A stretch of DNA of 64,000 nucleotides from Gloeobacterales cyanobacterium (lineage in GTDB: Bacteria > Cyanobacteriota > Cyanobacteriia > Gloeobacterales > PMM-0068): the NCBI GenBank assembly GCA_038245785.1, contig JBBRSB010000001.1, positions 256,001 to 320,000 on the forward strand, written 5' to 3'. Positions 1-11,100 of the stretch are shown in pieces (within the stretch, counting starts at the first letter, position 1; every line of letters begins with the position of its first letter). The position numbers were made by a program, and so were the translations under genes. Below the pieces are notes generated by a model that was not told the origin of the DNA, searched no databases, and worked only from the letters and a program-made list of their open reading frames with translations.

Positions 1-7
1 TTTCCTC

Positions 8-1411
8 ATGAAAATTCTTTTTGTTGCCTGTGAAGTCGCTCCTTTTGTAAAAGTAGGAGGGATGGGAGATGTTGTCGGGTCGCTTCCTAAAGCGCTGGCT
101 GCGCTGGGCCATGATGTGCGGATCATGGCGCCCCGTTTGCATAACACTCCGATTCCAGGAAATGCGATCCAGCACTGGTGGGCTTGGGGACACGATCAGC
201 CTTTTAGCTGTTATGAAACGACCTTGCCTGGAACTCCTACTGTTCCCCTTTACTGGCTGGATAATCCCTCGATCACCCGCGATTATATGTATGGCTATCG
301 GGATGATGCCGAGCGTTTTATTCTGTTTTGTCGGGGTGCGATAGACCTGTGGGCTCGTCTTGGCTGGACGCCGGATGTATACCATTGCCATGACTGGCAT
401 ACGGCGATTATTCCCTGGCTTTCTTATTCCCTGGGCAATCAACACACCAAATCCATTGTCACGATTCATAATCTGGCCTATCAGGGCTGGTGTGACCGAG
501 GAATTTTAGATCGGGTTGGGATGCATGGTTGGGGATTTCCTCCCTCGAATCCTGTACTGCTCTTACCTCTGGGATGCTGGTGGGCTCAAGCCATTAGTGT
601 CGTTTCTCCCACCTATGCTCAAGAAATTCAGACGCCTGCCTATGGCGAAAAACTAGACGCCTTCATGCGCAGTGAGCAATATAAGCTCCACGGCATTCTC
701 AATGGCATTGATACGGAAACCTATAATCCCGCTACAGACAAGGATATCCCTGTTCAATATGAGGCTAAAACAGCGGTGAAGGGCAAGGCCGCCAATAAAA
801 AAGCACTCCTCGAACGCTGTGGTTGGAGCTCGTCTGAAGAGGATGACCGACCTTTATTTGCGATGGTCACTCGATTGGTAGAGCAAAAAGGATTAGACCT
901 GCTTTTGCCAATTCTGGATACCTGGCTGACATTTGGAACGGGCAAGTTCTTTCTCTTGGGCACGGGAGACCCACACTATGAGTTTCAGCTACAGGCGATT
1001 GCCAACCGTCATCCCGCAAGATTTTATTTCTACAGAGGCTACAGTGCGAACCTTGCCCAATTGGCCTACGCTGGTGGAGATATTTTGCTGATGCCTAGCC
1101 ACTTTGAACCCTGTGGTCTAAGTCAGATTATTGCTTTGCGCTATGGCTGTATCCCCTTGGTCCGCTTCACGGGTGGCTTGAAAGATACGGTGACCTATCA
1201 TGACCCAGCTAATGAAACAGGTACAGGCTATGGATTTGATTGGTATGAGAGTACCTCTCTGCTGACGACTATTTTCAAAGCGGAAGAAGGCTATCGGCAC
1301 AAAGATGCCTGGAACAAGCTTGTGCAGCGAGCGATGGCCCAGGATTTCAGTTGGGAAAAGTCGGCCAAAGAGTATGAAGCTCTATACGAAAAAGTGACTC
1401 ATGCCTTTTAA
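8..1411 (+). CDS. glgA: Glycogen synthase (GT5)
   Basis: N-terminal KVGGMGDV ADP-glucose motif, HCHDWHT, TIHNLAYQG, PSHFEPCGLSQ. Confidence 0.95.
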   Translation: MKILFVACEVAPFVKVGGMGDVVGSLPKALAALGHDVRIMAPRLHNTPIPGNAIQHWWAWGHDQPFSCYETTLPGTPTVPLYWLDNPSITRDYMYGYRDDAERFILFCRGAIDLWARLGWTPDVYHCHDWHTAIIPWLSYSLGNQHTKSIVTIHNLAYQGWCDRGILDRVGMHGWGFPPSNPVLLLPLGCWWAQAISVVSPTYAQEIQTPAYGEKLDAFMRSEQYKLHGILNGIDTETYNPATDKDIPVQYEAKTAVKGKAANKKALLERCGWSSSEEDDRPLFAMVTRLVEQKGLDLLLPILDTWLTFGTGKFFLLGTGDPHYEFQLQAIANRHPARFYFYRGYSANLAQLAYAGGDILLMPSHFEPCGLSQIIALRYGCIPLVRFTGGLKDTVTYHDPANETGTGYGFDWYESTSLLTTIFKAEEGYRHKDAWNKLVQRAMAQDFSWEKSAKEYEALYEKVTHAF

Positions 1412-1439
1412 TGTGGATATAAGTACACAACCATAATTC

Positions 1440-1976
1440 ATGCCCAGTGGCCGCACCCATGACCGTATTACCTGGTGGACCTTCCCCTTAACCTTGGGAG
1501 GGACTTGGTGGCTGAGTGGCCGCTGGGATGTCACGAGCGCGGTTGGAGCTAGTTATCTATTTAGTGGCCTGATGTTTGGCCCTGATCTCGATACTCGTTC
1601 GGTGCAAATTCGCCGTTGGGGTCTGCTGCGCTGGATTTGGTGGCCCTACCGTCGTTTTGTCCCCCATCGTTCTCGGCTTTCCCATGGGGTGCTTGTTGGG
1701 ACGTTTCTGCGCTTGGTCTATTTAACGGTTGTTTTCTGTGCGCTAGCTGGTCTAGTGGCCTATGGGCTTCAGCAGTATGGCGGTGTTTCTGTAGTCAAAG
1801 AACTAGAAGTGACCTATCCCATGCTGACCAAACAGACCGCTCGCTGGGAGTGGAAGTTTGTTCTCTGGATTCTCTTAGGGCTAGAGTTGGGAGCGATCAG
1901 CCATATCATCGCTGATACCCTCGTCTCTGCGGTGAAACGGCAGCGCAAAAGGTTCAAACCATCTCGCAGGCGATAA
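1440..1976 (+). CDS. DUF2227-type putative metal-binding membrane protein
   Basis: MPSGRTHDRIT start, GPDLD, PHRSRLSHG, SHIIAD motifs with hydrophobic helices. Confidence 0.8.
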   Translation: MPSGRTHDRITWWTFPLTLGGTWWLSGRWDVTSAVGASYLFSGLMFGPDLDTRSVQIRRWGLLRWIWWPYRRFVPHRSRLSHGVLVGTFLRLVYLTVVFCALAGLVAYGLQQYGGVSVVKELEVTYPMLTKQTARWEWKFVLWILLGLELGAISHIIADTLVSAVKRQRKRFKPSRRR

Positions 1977-2049
1977 ATAAGGCTTTTGGCAGAAAAAAAT
2001 AGACTGCTTTTTGACTATGCTGGGAATAAGAACCCCCTTTACGAAGGCT

Positions 2050-3249
2050 ATGACGGTACCTATTTTTTATAAGCGCGTTCTCCTGGGCCTCAGCCTGGTA
2101 GCTCTTACCGCTTGTAGCAATCTGCAAATTCCCCAACTGACAACGCCAGAAAAGCCTGCCTCTCCAGAAGCAGAGGCCAACCGACAGGCTCCTGCTCCAG
2201 CCCCCAGCCCTTATGCTACTAATAGCGTAACTCGGACCTTGGGGACTGATTTCATTGCGGATGCTGCTGAAAAAGTTAGCCCTAGCGTCGTATCTATCAA
2301 AGTGGAGAGCGTCATTGCAGAAACGCCTCAAGATGAGCGCTACCGACAATATATTGAAGAATTCTTTGGTGCGCGGGTGACTCCTCGACGGGAAATTCAA
2401 CGAGGGGAAGGCTCAGGTTTCATCATTAACGCGGATGGCACTATTCTGACCAATGCCCACGTAGTTGCCAACGCCCAGAAAGTGCAAGTGCTGCTGAATG
2501 ACGACCGTACTTTCCCAGGACGGGTGCTAGGGGTGGATAAGGTGACGGATGTAGCTGTGGTGAAAGTTGATGCGCCTTCTCCTTTGCCCGCAGTTCAACT
2601 GGGAGATTCTAAGAGTTTGCGCCCTGGTCAGTTCGTGGTGGCTTTGGGTAGCCCTTTAGGTTTTGAGAATACGGTCACCTCAGGGATTGTCAGTGCCCTG
2701 AGTCGTCCTAGTGCTCGGCTCGGTATCGCCGATGGCAAGGTGGATTTTATTCAGACCGATGCCGCGATTAATCCAGGCAACTCTGGCGGGCCTCTCATCG
2801 ATACCCAAGGCCGAGTGATTGGTATGAATACAGCGATTATTCAAGGGGCTCAGGGCTTAGGCTTTGCGATTCCGATTGACTTAGCAAAAGACATTAGTGC
2901 GCAGCTCGTCAAACAAGGTAAAGTATCCCGCGCTTTTATTGGAGTGAAGATGATTACCCTCTCACCAGAAGTGCTCCAAGCTTTGCAACAGCGTGGCGTT
3001 TCTTTGAGTGCTACCACGGGAGTCCTCATCCAAGAAGTCTTGCCCGATTCTCCCGCGCAGAAAGCAGGACTGGAACCTGGAGATGTGGTGGTGAAAGTGG
3101 GAGATGCCACGGTCAAGGATGGGACTGAGGTTCAAGCTGCTATTGACAAGGCAAAACCAGGTCAAACTATTGCTTTCACCGTAAACCGCCAAGGCACCCT
3201 GACGCCAATCCCAGTCCGCACCGAAGCTTTGACAAACCAAGCAGCGTAG
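2050..3249 (+). CDS. HtrA/HhoA-HhoB-family trypsin-like serine protease with PDZ domain, probable lipoprotein
   Basis: TNAHVV, DVAVVK, QTDAAINPGNSGGPL catalytic motifs; C-terminal PDZ; lipobox LVALTAC; start taken at MTVPIF (ORF opens at 2011). Confidence 0.9.
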   Translation: MTVPIFYKRVLLGLSLVALTACSNLQIPQLTTPEKPASPEAEANRQAPAPAPSPYATNSVTRTLGTDFIADAAEKVSPSVVSIKVESVIAETPQDERYRQYIEEFFGARVTPRREIQRGEGSGFIINADGTILTNAHVVANAQKVQVLLNDDRTFPGRVLGVDKVTDVAVVKVDAPSPLPAVQLGDSKSLRPGQFVVALGSPLGFENTVTSGIVSALSRPSARLGIADGKVDFIQTDAAINPGNSGGPLIDTQGRVIGMNTAIIQGAQGLGFAIPIDLAKDISAQLVKQGKVSRAFIGVKMITLSPEVLQALQQRGVSLSATTGVLIQEVLPDSPAQKAGLEPGDVVVKVGDATVKDGTEVQAAIDKAKPGQTIAFTVNRQGTLTPIPVRTEALTNQAA

Positions 3250-3282
3250 TGAGCGCATCGACATTTACAGACTTGGGCAGCA

Positions 3283-4230
3283 GTGCCACCCTTCCGCCAA
3301 GTGAGTGCAATGTTGGAAGCCCAGAGCGTCAAAGAAAAAGCCCATAGCTTGGGATTTCACCAAGTAGGGATTGCCAATGCGCGAATACCTTTGGAACGAA
3401 CAGAAGATCTGAAAAGCTGGCTAGAGCAGGGCTATCAAGCCGATATGGCCTGGATGGAAGACCCTCGTCGTCAAGATATTCAGCAAGTTTTGCCCGGTGT
3501 CCAGTCGGTGATTGTGACTGCACTTTCCTATTACACAGAGGAGGCTGCCCCTACCGGAACCGCCAAGATTTCTCGCTATGCATGGGGGCGGGACTATCAC
3601 AAAGTCCTGGGGGGTAAACTCAAAGCCCTCAGTCGTTGGCTGCAAGAAGAGTCTCCAGACCATCAACACCGCTGGTATGTGGATACAGGACCGATTCCAG
3701 AAAAAGCCTGGGCTGAACGAGCAGGATTGGGTTGGTTAGGGAAAAATACGCTGCTGTTGAGCCGTGATTTTGGCTCCTATGTCTTTCTTGGGGTGGTGTT
3801 AACGACCTTGCCCTTAGCCGCTGATGCTCCAACTACGGCTCATTGCGGCACCTGTACTCGCTGTCTGGATAGTTGTCCGACGGGCGCTTTTCCCCAGTCT
3901 GGTGTCTTGGATAGCAATCGTTGTATCGCCTATCACACCATTGAGAACCGCAGTGAAACCTTGCCAACTGACCTTCCTCTGATGGATTGGGTAGTCGGCT
4001 GTGACCTCTGCCAAAGTGTATGTCCTTACAATCAAAAGCTTTCAACACAAGAGATTCCTGCCGATTTTCTTCCTAGAGAAGGCGTTCTCACTGCTAGCTT
4101 GGAAGCGCTGTCCACGCTGGATGATGACGCATTTGACCAATGGAGTAGAGGAATGGCGTTACGTCGAGTCAAAGCCAAAGGACTGCGTCGCAATGCGCTA
4201 CATGCCTTGCATCGTCGCAATCGCTGGTAA
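3283..4230 (+). CDS. queG: Epoxyqueuosine reductase
   Basis: ISRYAWGRDYH, VDTGP, GWLGKN, CGTCTRCLDSCPT and GCDLCQSVCP Fe-S motifs; start may be 3310. Confidence 0.93.
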   Translation: MPPFRQVSAMLEAQSVKEKAHSLGFHQVGIANARIPLERTEDLKSWLEQGYQADMAWMEDPRRQDIQQVLPGVQSVIVTALSYYTEEAAPTGTAKISRYAWGRDYHKVLGGKLKALSRWLQEESPDHQHRWYVDTGPIPEKAWAERAGLGWLGKNTLLLSRDFGSYVFLGVVLTTLPLAADAPTTAHCGTCTRCLDSCPTGAFPQSGVLDSNRCIAYHTIENRSETLPTDLPLMDWVVGCDLCQSVCPYNQKLSTQEIPADFLPREGVLTASLEALSTLDDDAFDQWSRGMALRRVKAKGLRRNALHALHRRNRW

Positions 4231-4266
4231 TGGTTTGGTAGAATTGGAGCCCAGCCAAGAGCGATC

Positions 4267-4827
4267 ATGACCCGTGAATCTCAGGCCACCACTCCATCTG
4301 TAGAACTGTTCTCGGCGGAAGAGCTAGAACGAACGCTCCGTAGATTGGCGCTCCAAGTTTTGGAAGACCTGGATGGTGTTCAAGATCTAGTCTTAATGGG
4401 CATTTATACCCGAGGGGTTCCTTTGGCTCATCGGATAGCTCGGTTTCTGGAAGAACAGGAAGGAGTGGCTCCGCCCGTTGGAGCTTTGGATGTAACTTTG
4501 TACCGAGATGACCTGCGGGAAATTGGAGTGCGGACGCCTGAGCGTACTCAACTCCCTGTAGACCTCCAAGGCAAAAAAGTGGTCCTTGTAGATGATGTGA
4601 TCTATAAGGGGCGTACAATTCGGGCGGCCTTAGATGCCCTGAATGACTACGGCAGACCGACTTCGATTCGGCTTTTAGTCCTGATTGACCGGGGCCACCG
4701 AGAATTGCCCATTCATCCCGACTACTGTGGCAAAGAAGTTCCTACGGCCCGTCATGAACAGGTCAAAGTTTTTCTGAAAGAGACGGATGACTTAGACCAA
4801 GCTGTGTTGATTGGTGGCAAGAGCTAG
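4267..4827 (+). CDS. pyrR: Pyrimidine operon attenuation protein / uracil phosphoribosyltransferase
   Basis: [41 protein letters not shown]. Confidence 0.95.
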   Translation: MTRESQATTPSVELFSAEELERTLRRLALQVLEDLDGVQDLVLMGIYTRGVPLAHRIARFLEEQEGVAPPVGALDVTLYRDDLREIGVRTPERTQLPVDLQGKKVVLVDDVIYKGRTIRAALDALNDYGRPTSIRLLVLIDRGHRELPIHPDYCGKEVPTARHEQVKVFLKETDDLDQAVLIGGKS

Positions 4828-4851
4828 ATAGCTTTTACAAAAGGAGACAAG

Positions 4852-5280
4852 GTGGATATTACTGGAACGTGGTGGATTTATGCTCTACTTTCAGCTTTTT
4901 TTGCTGCATTGACAACGATTTTTGCCAAAGTTGGAGTTCAAAATGTGGATTCCAACCTGGCCACTGCTATTCGTACAGTTGTCATTTTAGGAGTTGCCTG
5001 GGGTATTGTTTTTGCTCAAGGTAATGCTAAGTATCTTTTTGAAATTCCTCAAAAAACACTGCTTTTTCTCTTACTTTCCGGTTTTGCCACTGGTTTATCC
5101 TGGATTTTCTACTTCAAAGCATTACAAGAAGGAAAGGCATCGTTGGTTGCACCGATCGATAAAGCAAGCTTGGTATTGATTTTGCTATTTTCTGCTGCTT
5201 TCTTGGGGGAACCCTTAAACCTCAAATCTGTTTTAGGAACTGTTCTGATCATTGGAGGCACACTCGTAATAATTCTCTAA
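4852..5280 (+). CDS. EamA/DMT-family small membrane transporter
   Basis: FAALTTIFAKVG, SNLATAIRT, SWIFYFKAL, VAPIDK; about five TM helices; AT-rich. Confidence 0.85.
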   Translation: MDITGTWWIYALLSAFFAALTTIFAKVGVQNVDSNLATAIRTVVILGVAWGIVFAQGNAKYLFEIPQKTLLFLLLSGFATGLSWIFYFKALQEGKASLVAPIDKASLVLILLFSAAFLGEPLNLKSVLGTVLIIGGTLVIIL

Positions 5281-5528
5281 GTAGCTCAACGTCTACTCTA
5301 TGAGGAGGGGGAATAATGCGTGACGAGAGAAAAAAGTCACATACAGTAGCGTACTCACCTAAAAATCGTTCAATTCAATCAAAAGATTCTCCTATTTACT
5401 TTCTATCTCTGTTAACTATCCTCTTAGGTATGACCCTCTCCAGGGGCTTATCAAAGCTAGAAACGGTCGGTTTCTAATGGGTAAGAAATTTAAAGTCAAC
5501 TCAATCTGATTTTAGAAAGGAGTACCGC

Positions 5529-7355
5529 ATGGCCTCACTTGCATCCACTCGCGAAGCACCTGCTAGCCCACAGATCTTTCCTGGAACAAATGATCCTGCA
5601 TTCCCGAACGTGGGAGATCCAGCTCATCCTGAGATCTTCGAAGAAGAACTAAAAGTCCACACCATTCAAGGCAATGTGATTGATGGGGGCTTCAACAAAG
5701 ATTTCCAAACAGTGCTCTGTCTAAAGATTGATGATGTAAACAATTTCAAAATTTGGCTCAGAACGCAAATAGGCTGCATCTCGACAGCAGAGCAGGTGCT
5801 CACTTTCAATCGCCTATTCAAAGCGATTCGCAAGCTACGTGGTGAGCCCACTGGGTTAAAAGCAACGTGGGTCAATATCTCTTTTTCATTCACTGCCCTT
5901 CAGCTACTAGTGGGCTCAGAAGCAGACAAATTTGTCGATACCTCCTTCAAAGAAGGGCTAGCTGCTCGTGCAGAAACGCTAGGAGACCCTACCAGTCCTG
6001 ATGCAGAGGGCAATCCGCAGAATTGGGTTGTCGGAGGGTTAGATAATGAAGCTCACGTCCTGATGCTGGTTGCCAGCGATGATCATCACGATATGGTTAA
6101 TGAGGTTTATCGCATTGAAAACAGCCTGAAGATTCCGCCTATTTCGAACAGCGCTACCGTTATTTTTAAAGAAGAGGGAACTAACCTGCCCGCACCTTTA
6201 GGAGGGCATGAGCACTTTGGAACGCTTGACGGAGTCTCTCAGCCAGGCGTTCGAGGCCGCATTTCCCCAGTGCCAAATGATGTTTTAACCCCTAGACAGA
6301 ATCCAGAGAGAGTTGATAGTAGGGGAAATCGCACGCAAGGCAAACCTGGTCAGGATTTACTCTGGCCAGGTGAGTTTGTGTTTGGCTATCCTGAGCAGAA
6401 TAAGGATGCCGAAGAGCTCGAAGATAGCAAAGGTACCGTCAGAAAAGCTGTCGATATAGATCTTGCACAGCCTCACTGGACAGACAATGGCTCTTTGCTT
6501 GTGTTTCGGCGTCTACGTCAGGATGTTTTTAAGTTTCACTCCTTCCAGCAACAAACGGCACAGACTTTGCAAACTGATCCTCTTCTGGTCAGTGCCAAGC
6601 TTGTCGGGCGTTGGGAAAGCGGTGCTCCCACAGTACGGACTCCCGACCAGGACAATCCGGCGATGGGCGCTGATGATTGCGCCAATAATGACTTTGGATT
6701 CAATCGTGATCCTGCAACTCCAGACTCAGAAAGCAGTGTCATTGACTGTCAAGATAAGTTTCAAAGTGCACCTAAAGATGATGCAACCGGCAGTGATAAT
6801 GCTGCAACAGGAAAGCGTTGTCCATTCGCTGCTCATACGCGCAAGACTTATCCCCGAAACGATTTGACGCCTGGTGGTCTAGATGAGAATGGAGTTCCGA
6901 CTCCGGAGAGAGGCGAGGTTACTACCCAGACTCACCGGATGCTTCGTCGGGGTATTCCCTATGGTGAAGTATCTGCCTCAACGCCGAATAACCCTGTTGA
7001 AGACGAAGTTGACCGTGGCTTACACTTTCTGGCCTATCAGACCTCAATTACGAATCAATTTGAATTTGTCACTCGATTTTGGGTGAATAATCCAAACTTT
7101 AGCGAACCAGCCGCCGAAGGCCATGAGTGTACAAAAGACGGTGAGTCTGAATTACCCCTTGGGCATGATCCTGTAATCGGTCAAAGTAATGGGCCAAATG
7201 GCGATCGCTCACGGAGCTTTTTCATTAAGTTTAAAGACAATAATAGTCAGGAACGGTGTGAAAAATTCTTAGCTCCAGAGGATTGGGTCATTCCTACAGG
7301 GGGTGGTTATTTTTTCACTCCCTCTATTGATGCATTAAAAAATGTACTGACGTAA
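5529..7355 (+). CDS. Dyp-type (dye-decolourising) heme peroxidase
   Basis: EHFGTLDGVSQP (GxxDG), FRRLRQDV, CPFAAHTRKTYPR (proximal His), MLRRGIPYG, GGGYFFTPS. Confidence 0.9.
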   Translation: MASLASTREAPASPQIFPGTNDPAFPNVGDPAHPEIFEEELKVHTIQGNVIDGGFNKDFQTVLCLKIDDVNNFKIWLRTQIGCISTAEQVLTFNRLFKAIRKLRGEPTGLKATWVNISFSFTALQLLVGSEADKFVDTSFKEGLAARAETLGDPTSPDAEGNPQNWVVGGLDNEAHVLMLVASDDHHDMVNEVYRIENSLKIPPISNSATVIFKEEGTNLPAPLGGHEHFGTLDGVSQPGVRGRISPVPNDVLTPRQNPERVDSRGNRTQGKPGQDLLWPGEFVFGYPEQNKDAEELEDSKGTVRKAVDIDLAQPHWTDNGSLLVFRRLRQDVFKFHSFQQQTAQTLQTDPLLVSAKLVGRWESGAPTVRTPDQDNPAMGADDCANNDFGFNRDPATPDSESSVIDCQDKFQSAPKDDATGSDNAATGKRCPFAAHTRKTYPRNDLTPGGLDENGVPTPERGEVTTQTHRMLRRGIPYGEVSASTPNNPVEDEVDRGLHFLAYQTSITNQFEFVTRFWVNNPNFSEPAAEGHECTKDGESELPLGHDPVIGQSNGPNGDRSRSFFIKFKDNNSQERCEKFLAPEDWVIPTGGGYFFTPSIDALKNVLT

Positions 7356-7452
7356 GCAGTCTTTTAGCCGCAACGCAACAGGAAGTTGCGCTTAGAGATA
7401 ATACTTTTGCCATGTTTATCCCTATGGACCTGACGGAAGTAAGATTGAGTGC

Positions 7453-8844
7453 TCATTGTGTAACTGATTTAGAAGTACGAGCAGGATGCAGATTTTTAGG
7501 ATTGTAGCCTTTAACAACCAGTTGTACTGGAGGCGCTCCTGAGGTTAAACCTCGGCGCACAGGTCGCGCTGAACGGGTGTCCGCTAGCCCTAGTTCAACC
7601 TGTGACAAAATTCTGCTCAAAACCACTTTCATTTCAAATTGAGCAAAGGCCATACCAATACAACGCCGACTACCCCCACCAAAAGGCAAATATTCAAAAG
7701 GAGAAAATTGACGCTCCAAAAAGCGTTCTGGTCTAAATTCATCAGGATTTGGATATAAGTCCTCGCGGTGATGGGTGAGATAGATACAGCCGATGACTAT
7801 AGTTCCAGGTTCAAGCGAGTGTCCCATCAACGCAACAGGCAATCTAACAACCCGTGCAAAAGTCAGCATTCCCACAGGGTAGATCCGTAGGGTTTCACAA
7901 CAAACTGCATTCAGATAGGGGAGGTGCAAAAGAGCATTGGGATCGAGGGGATGAGCGAGTCCCTGAAGTTCCTGCAACAGTTGCTCGCGGACTTTTGGAA
8001 ATTTGTGAATCCAGTACAAGGCCCAGGTCAGAGCGGTGGCAGTTGTTTCATGACCCGCCACTAAAAGCGTCATCAATTCGTCGCGCAATTCTATATCCGT
8101 CATCGGCTCACCTGATTGATCCCGGGCAGCCATGAGCAACGTAAGAATATCATCACGGGAAGCGTTGGGATGGGTTCGACGCTCTGCAATTTCATCGTAG
8201 ATAAGCTGGTCTATTTTTTGTCGTCTACGAAGAAAGTGGCCCCATGGACTCAGAGGACCCAAATCCTGACGGAGGATTGGAAAAAAGAGCTGACTGACAC
8301 TCAAGGGGCTACTCATTTCATTGAGCACGGCTGCTAGAAGTTTCTCTAGTTGCTGATAGCGAGTTCCTTCGGCTAAACCAAACACAGCGCCCAAGATCAC
8401 CCGCATGGAAATAGCTTGCATGGACTCCCGAACAGAGAAGGATTTACCGACAGTCCACTTGCGTATTACCTCCTCCGTGATGTTGCCCATGAGTTGTCCG
8501 TAAGAACGCATCCGTTCGCCATGAAACGGGGGCATCATCAGCTGACGCATCCTGCGGTGGGGAGCGCCACTTAATCCAATCACCGATTGCGTTCCCAGCA
8601 ATGGTTCGAATAGACCATTGAGTGCCCCAGGAGCATCGAAGACCTTAGAATCATCACTGGTCAAAATGGTTTGCAGTGCTTGCGGATCACTGAAGAGGAC
8701 GACAGGAGCAAATTTATCACCCAGCCTTACGGTGAAGCAGTCCCCATAGTCACGGTTACAGGCACGCATAAATGAAAATGGATTTTTAATCCAGTGGAGC
8801 ATTTGCACAATGGCTGGAGTTTTTGGACCATCAGGGAGTGACAT
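7453..8844 (-). CDS. Cytochrome P450 (cyanobacterial CYP110-like)
   Basis: AGHETT I-helix, ETLR, PERF, FGGGSRRCIG heme motif. Confidence 0.95.
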   Translation of the reverse strand: MSLPDGPKTPAIVQMLHWIKNPFSFMRACNRDYGDCFTVRLGDKFAPVVLFSDPQALQTILTSDDSKVFDAPGALNGLFEPLLGTQSVIGLSGAPHRRMRQLMMPPFHGERMRSYGQLMGNITEEVIRKWTVGKSFSVRESMQAISMRVILGAVFGLAEGTRYQQLEKLLAAVLNEMSSPLSVSQLFFPILRQDLGPLSPWGHFLRRRQKIDQLIYDEIAERRTHPNASRDDILTLLMAARDQSGEPMTDIELRDELMTLLVAGHETTATALTWALYWIHKFPKVREQLLQELQGLAHPLDPNALLHLPYLNAVCCETLRIYPVGMLTFARVVRLPVALMGHSLEPGTIVIGCIYLTHHREDLYPNPDEFRPERFLERQFSPFEYLPFGGGSRRCIGMAFAQFEMKVVLSRILSQVELGLADTRSARPVRRGLTSGAPPVQLVVKGYNPKNLHPARTSKSVTQ

Positions 8845-9124
8845 AATCGTTTCCCCTTGAAGATTTACCTTCTTTGTGACAAAAAAGTTGATGTTTACGA
8901 AGGTGCGCAGGTGATTCTAACGTTTAAACTAATGGGACGAAAGAATCAGTAGTTCCAGCCAAAATGAACAGGCTGTATTCTTAATAAAGAAAGGCGAGTA
9001 CTTAGTTGAAATACTTCCCAACTAAGATCATAATAAGAGTCTAAAAATTTGCAAGTAATAAATAAAAAGCTCTCTTTTATTGGTTTCCAGTATAAGTAAC
9101 GAATCCTGTGGTGGAATGCTGCCT

Positions 9125-9679
9125 ATGCGTCTTTTCATCGGTATTTTGCTGGACGATGCAATCAAGGCAAGAGTTTCAGCGGTACAGCAAGCCCTCAAAC
9201 TACGTCTCGCAGATCAGTCCATCCGCTGGGTCAAACCCGAAAATTTGCACATTACCCTGCAATTTTTAGGTGAACAAAATCCAGACCGCTTATCGGTTAT
9301 TCAAACTGCTATGCAAGAATCGGCACAGGCCCACAGCCCATTTGAGATTAGTTTGGGTGGTTTGGGAGCCTTCCCCAACTTGCGTCGTTCCTTAGTCCTT
9401 TGGGTTGGTGTAGAAACGGGTGAGGAGCACTTAGGCAGACTAGCAAAGGATTTAGAAACAGCACTTGCGCCCAACCTAGTTGAGCGAGAACCTAGGAAAT
9501 TTCACGCCCATGTGACGTTGGCCCGATTTAAAACTCCTGTGCAAGACTTGGAGAACATTGTTAATCAAGAGCCAACCCCAAAATTAGGAAATCTATCGAT
9601 AAAAAGTTTTAGCCTGATGCAAAGTCAACCTAACGCTGACTCTCCGCAGTATTTAGAGCTGAAGCGGGTGGATTTCTGA
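9125..9679 (+). CDS. thpR: RNA 2',3'-cyclic phosphodiesterase (2H family)
   Basis: MRLFIGI start, two HxT motifs (LHITL, AHVTLAR), GAFP; start taken at 9125 (ORF opens at 9080). Confidence 0.85.
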   Translation: MRLFIGILLDDAIKARVSAVQQALKLRLADQSIRWVKPENLHITLQFLGEQNPDRLSVIQTAMQESAQAHSPFEISLGGLGAFPNLRRSLVLWVGVETGEEHLGRLAKDLETALAPNLVEREPRKFHAHVTLARFKTPVQDLENIVNQEPTPKLGNLSIKSFSLMQSQPNADSPQYLELKRVDF

Positions 9680-9762
9680 GCATAGTTGCCTCGTCAGAGG
9701 AAAAACCCAATTACGGCTTACGGGTTAGTAGATCTAGGAAGTTGGAAATGGGGCAGGTTTCA

Positions 9763-10998
9763 TTAGCTATTCCGTACAGAGCGCCAGCCCAAGATAGATG
9801 CAAGACTTTTAGTGGCACCAACGAATCCTTGGATTTGGTAACCTAGGTAAACTCGAATCGCCCACTCCTTTATATAGTCCTTAGGAACGAAAAGAAATAA
9901 ACATTTGAGCGTTGACCAAACACCTTGGGTTGCATAAGTAGTAGAAATGATTTCGGATAAACTCTTAAAAAATCTTGGCTTTTCATCTCCTATCCAAAGC
10001 AAGGGTTCGCTGTCCCACGGATCAAAAACAATAAATTTTGAGGAAAAGTTCCAGTGTGGACGAACAAACATCTGACCACGTTCATTTAATAAACAAGCGG
10101 CAAAGCTGAAAATGCTATTGCTCGTGGCAACAATGTCACAATTGCTCAAGATAAAAAAATCAACATAGAACTCTATATTTGCGTTTTGCATTCTTTCTGG
10201 GAGTTGCACCTGTAAATCTCGTGAGGTGATAGGAGAAAATTTCTCAAAAGCAGGCAGAATCCGATCGAGATCATCACTGCATAGAAAGAGAACGGGGTCT
10301 TCTAATTCATTCCAGATTTTGTCCAACCATTCGCAGTACCAGCTTTCAGGAAAAACTAAAGTAAATCCTGTTCGTGCTTGAGTAATATAATCACCTCGAC
10401 GAATATGAATTCCAATAATTGTTTTGCCTTTGGAGCGAAGAATTTGCAGACCTTCTTCCAAGGGGGATTTCAAGTCACTCACAGGTTGAAATAGTGAGCG
10501 AATATAGTCCTGGTAGGGAGCAAGTAAATGAGTTGATATCTGGAAGAAACCCCACAAGTCGACATTTGTGATGCCCTGTTCAAGAGTCTCTGCGCCAATG
10601 CGACGTATCTTTGTTCCGGCAAGTTTTTCAATGTGAGGGACAAGTTCTGGAACTATATCAAATAAGATCTCTTCATTATTTTTACGCTCAATGGCAGGTT
10701 CTAACCGACGGGAAATTGGAGCGTCATCATGTCCAAATAAAGTTTGTCCAATCCAGGGTGGGCATTCTACTAAAGATCCAGTTTTGTGGGCACAGATTCG
10801 AAGAAAAGCATACTGAAAAAGCTGATTACCAAATCGTCCCAATTGTCCTAAAGAAGACATGGTTAAAATTGATTGACCGGAGCCTTCAATGTCAGCATCC
10901 GGTGGAGATTGAACCTCCTTAGAATCTTTATTAAAAGTTTCAAAAATATCGAAGACTCGCTCTGTTTCACTTTCAGTTCTGTATTTAGGATTAGTCAT
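9763..10998 (-). CDS. Alpha-1,2-fucosyltransferase-like glycosyltransferase (GT11)
   Basis: GRFGNQLFQYA, IHIRRGDY, SDD, SNSIFSF motifs. Confidence 0.85.
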   Translation of the reverse strand: MTNPKYRTESETERVFDIFETFNKDSKEVQSPPDADIEGSGQSILTMSSLGQLGRFGNQLFQYAFLRICAHKTGSLVECPPWIGQTLFGHDDAPISRRLEPAIERKNNEEILFDIVPELVPHIEKLAGTKIRRIGAETLEQGITNVDLWGFFQISTHLLAPYQDYIRSLFQPVSDLKSPLEEGLQILRSKGKTIIGIHIRRGDYITQARTGFTLVFPESWYCEWLDKIWNELEDPVLFLCSDDLDRILPAFEKFSPITSRDLQVQLPERMQNANIEFYVDFFILSNCDIVATSNSIFSFAACLLNERGQMFVRPHWNFSSKFIVFDPWDSEPLLWIGDEKPRFFKSLSEIISTTYATQGVWSTLKCLFLFVPKDYIKEWAIRVYLGYQIQGFVGATKSLASILGWRSVRNS

Positions 10999-11100
10999 TT
11001 ATGAATTGGTTGATTTTAGTGATTTTTAGGCAATTTACGTACATTATACTGGATTTGCATCGGCTCGAATACAAAAGTTTATATGACTAAAATTTTATTT

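Noticed and set aside
5529..8844. Dyp peroxidase + P450 as a pathway, or Dyp as encapsulin cargo
   Set aside because: Convergent orientation, no encapsulin gene or targeting peptide; adjacency alone is insufficient
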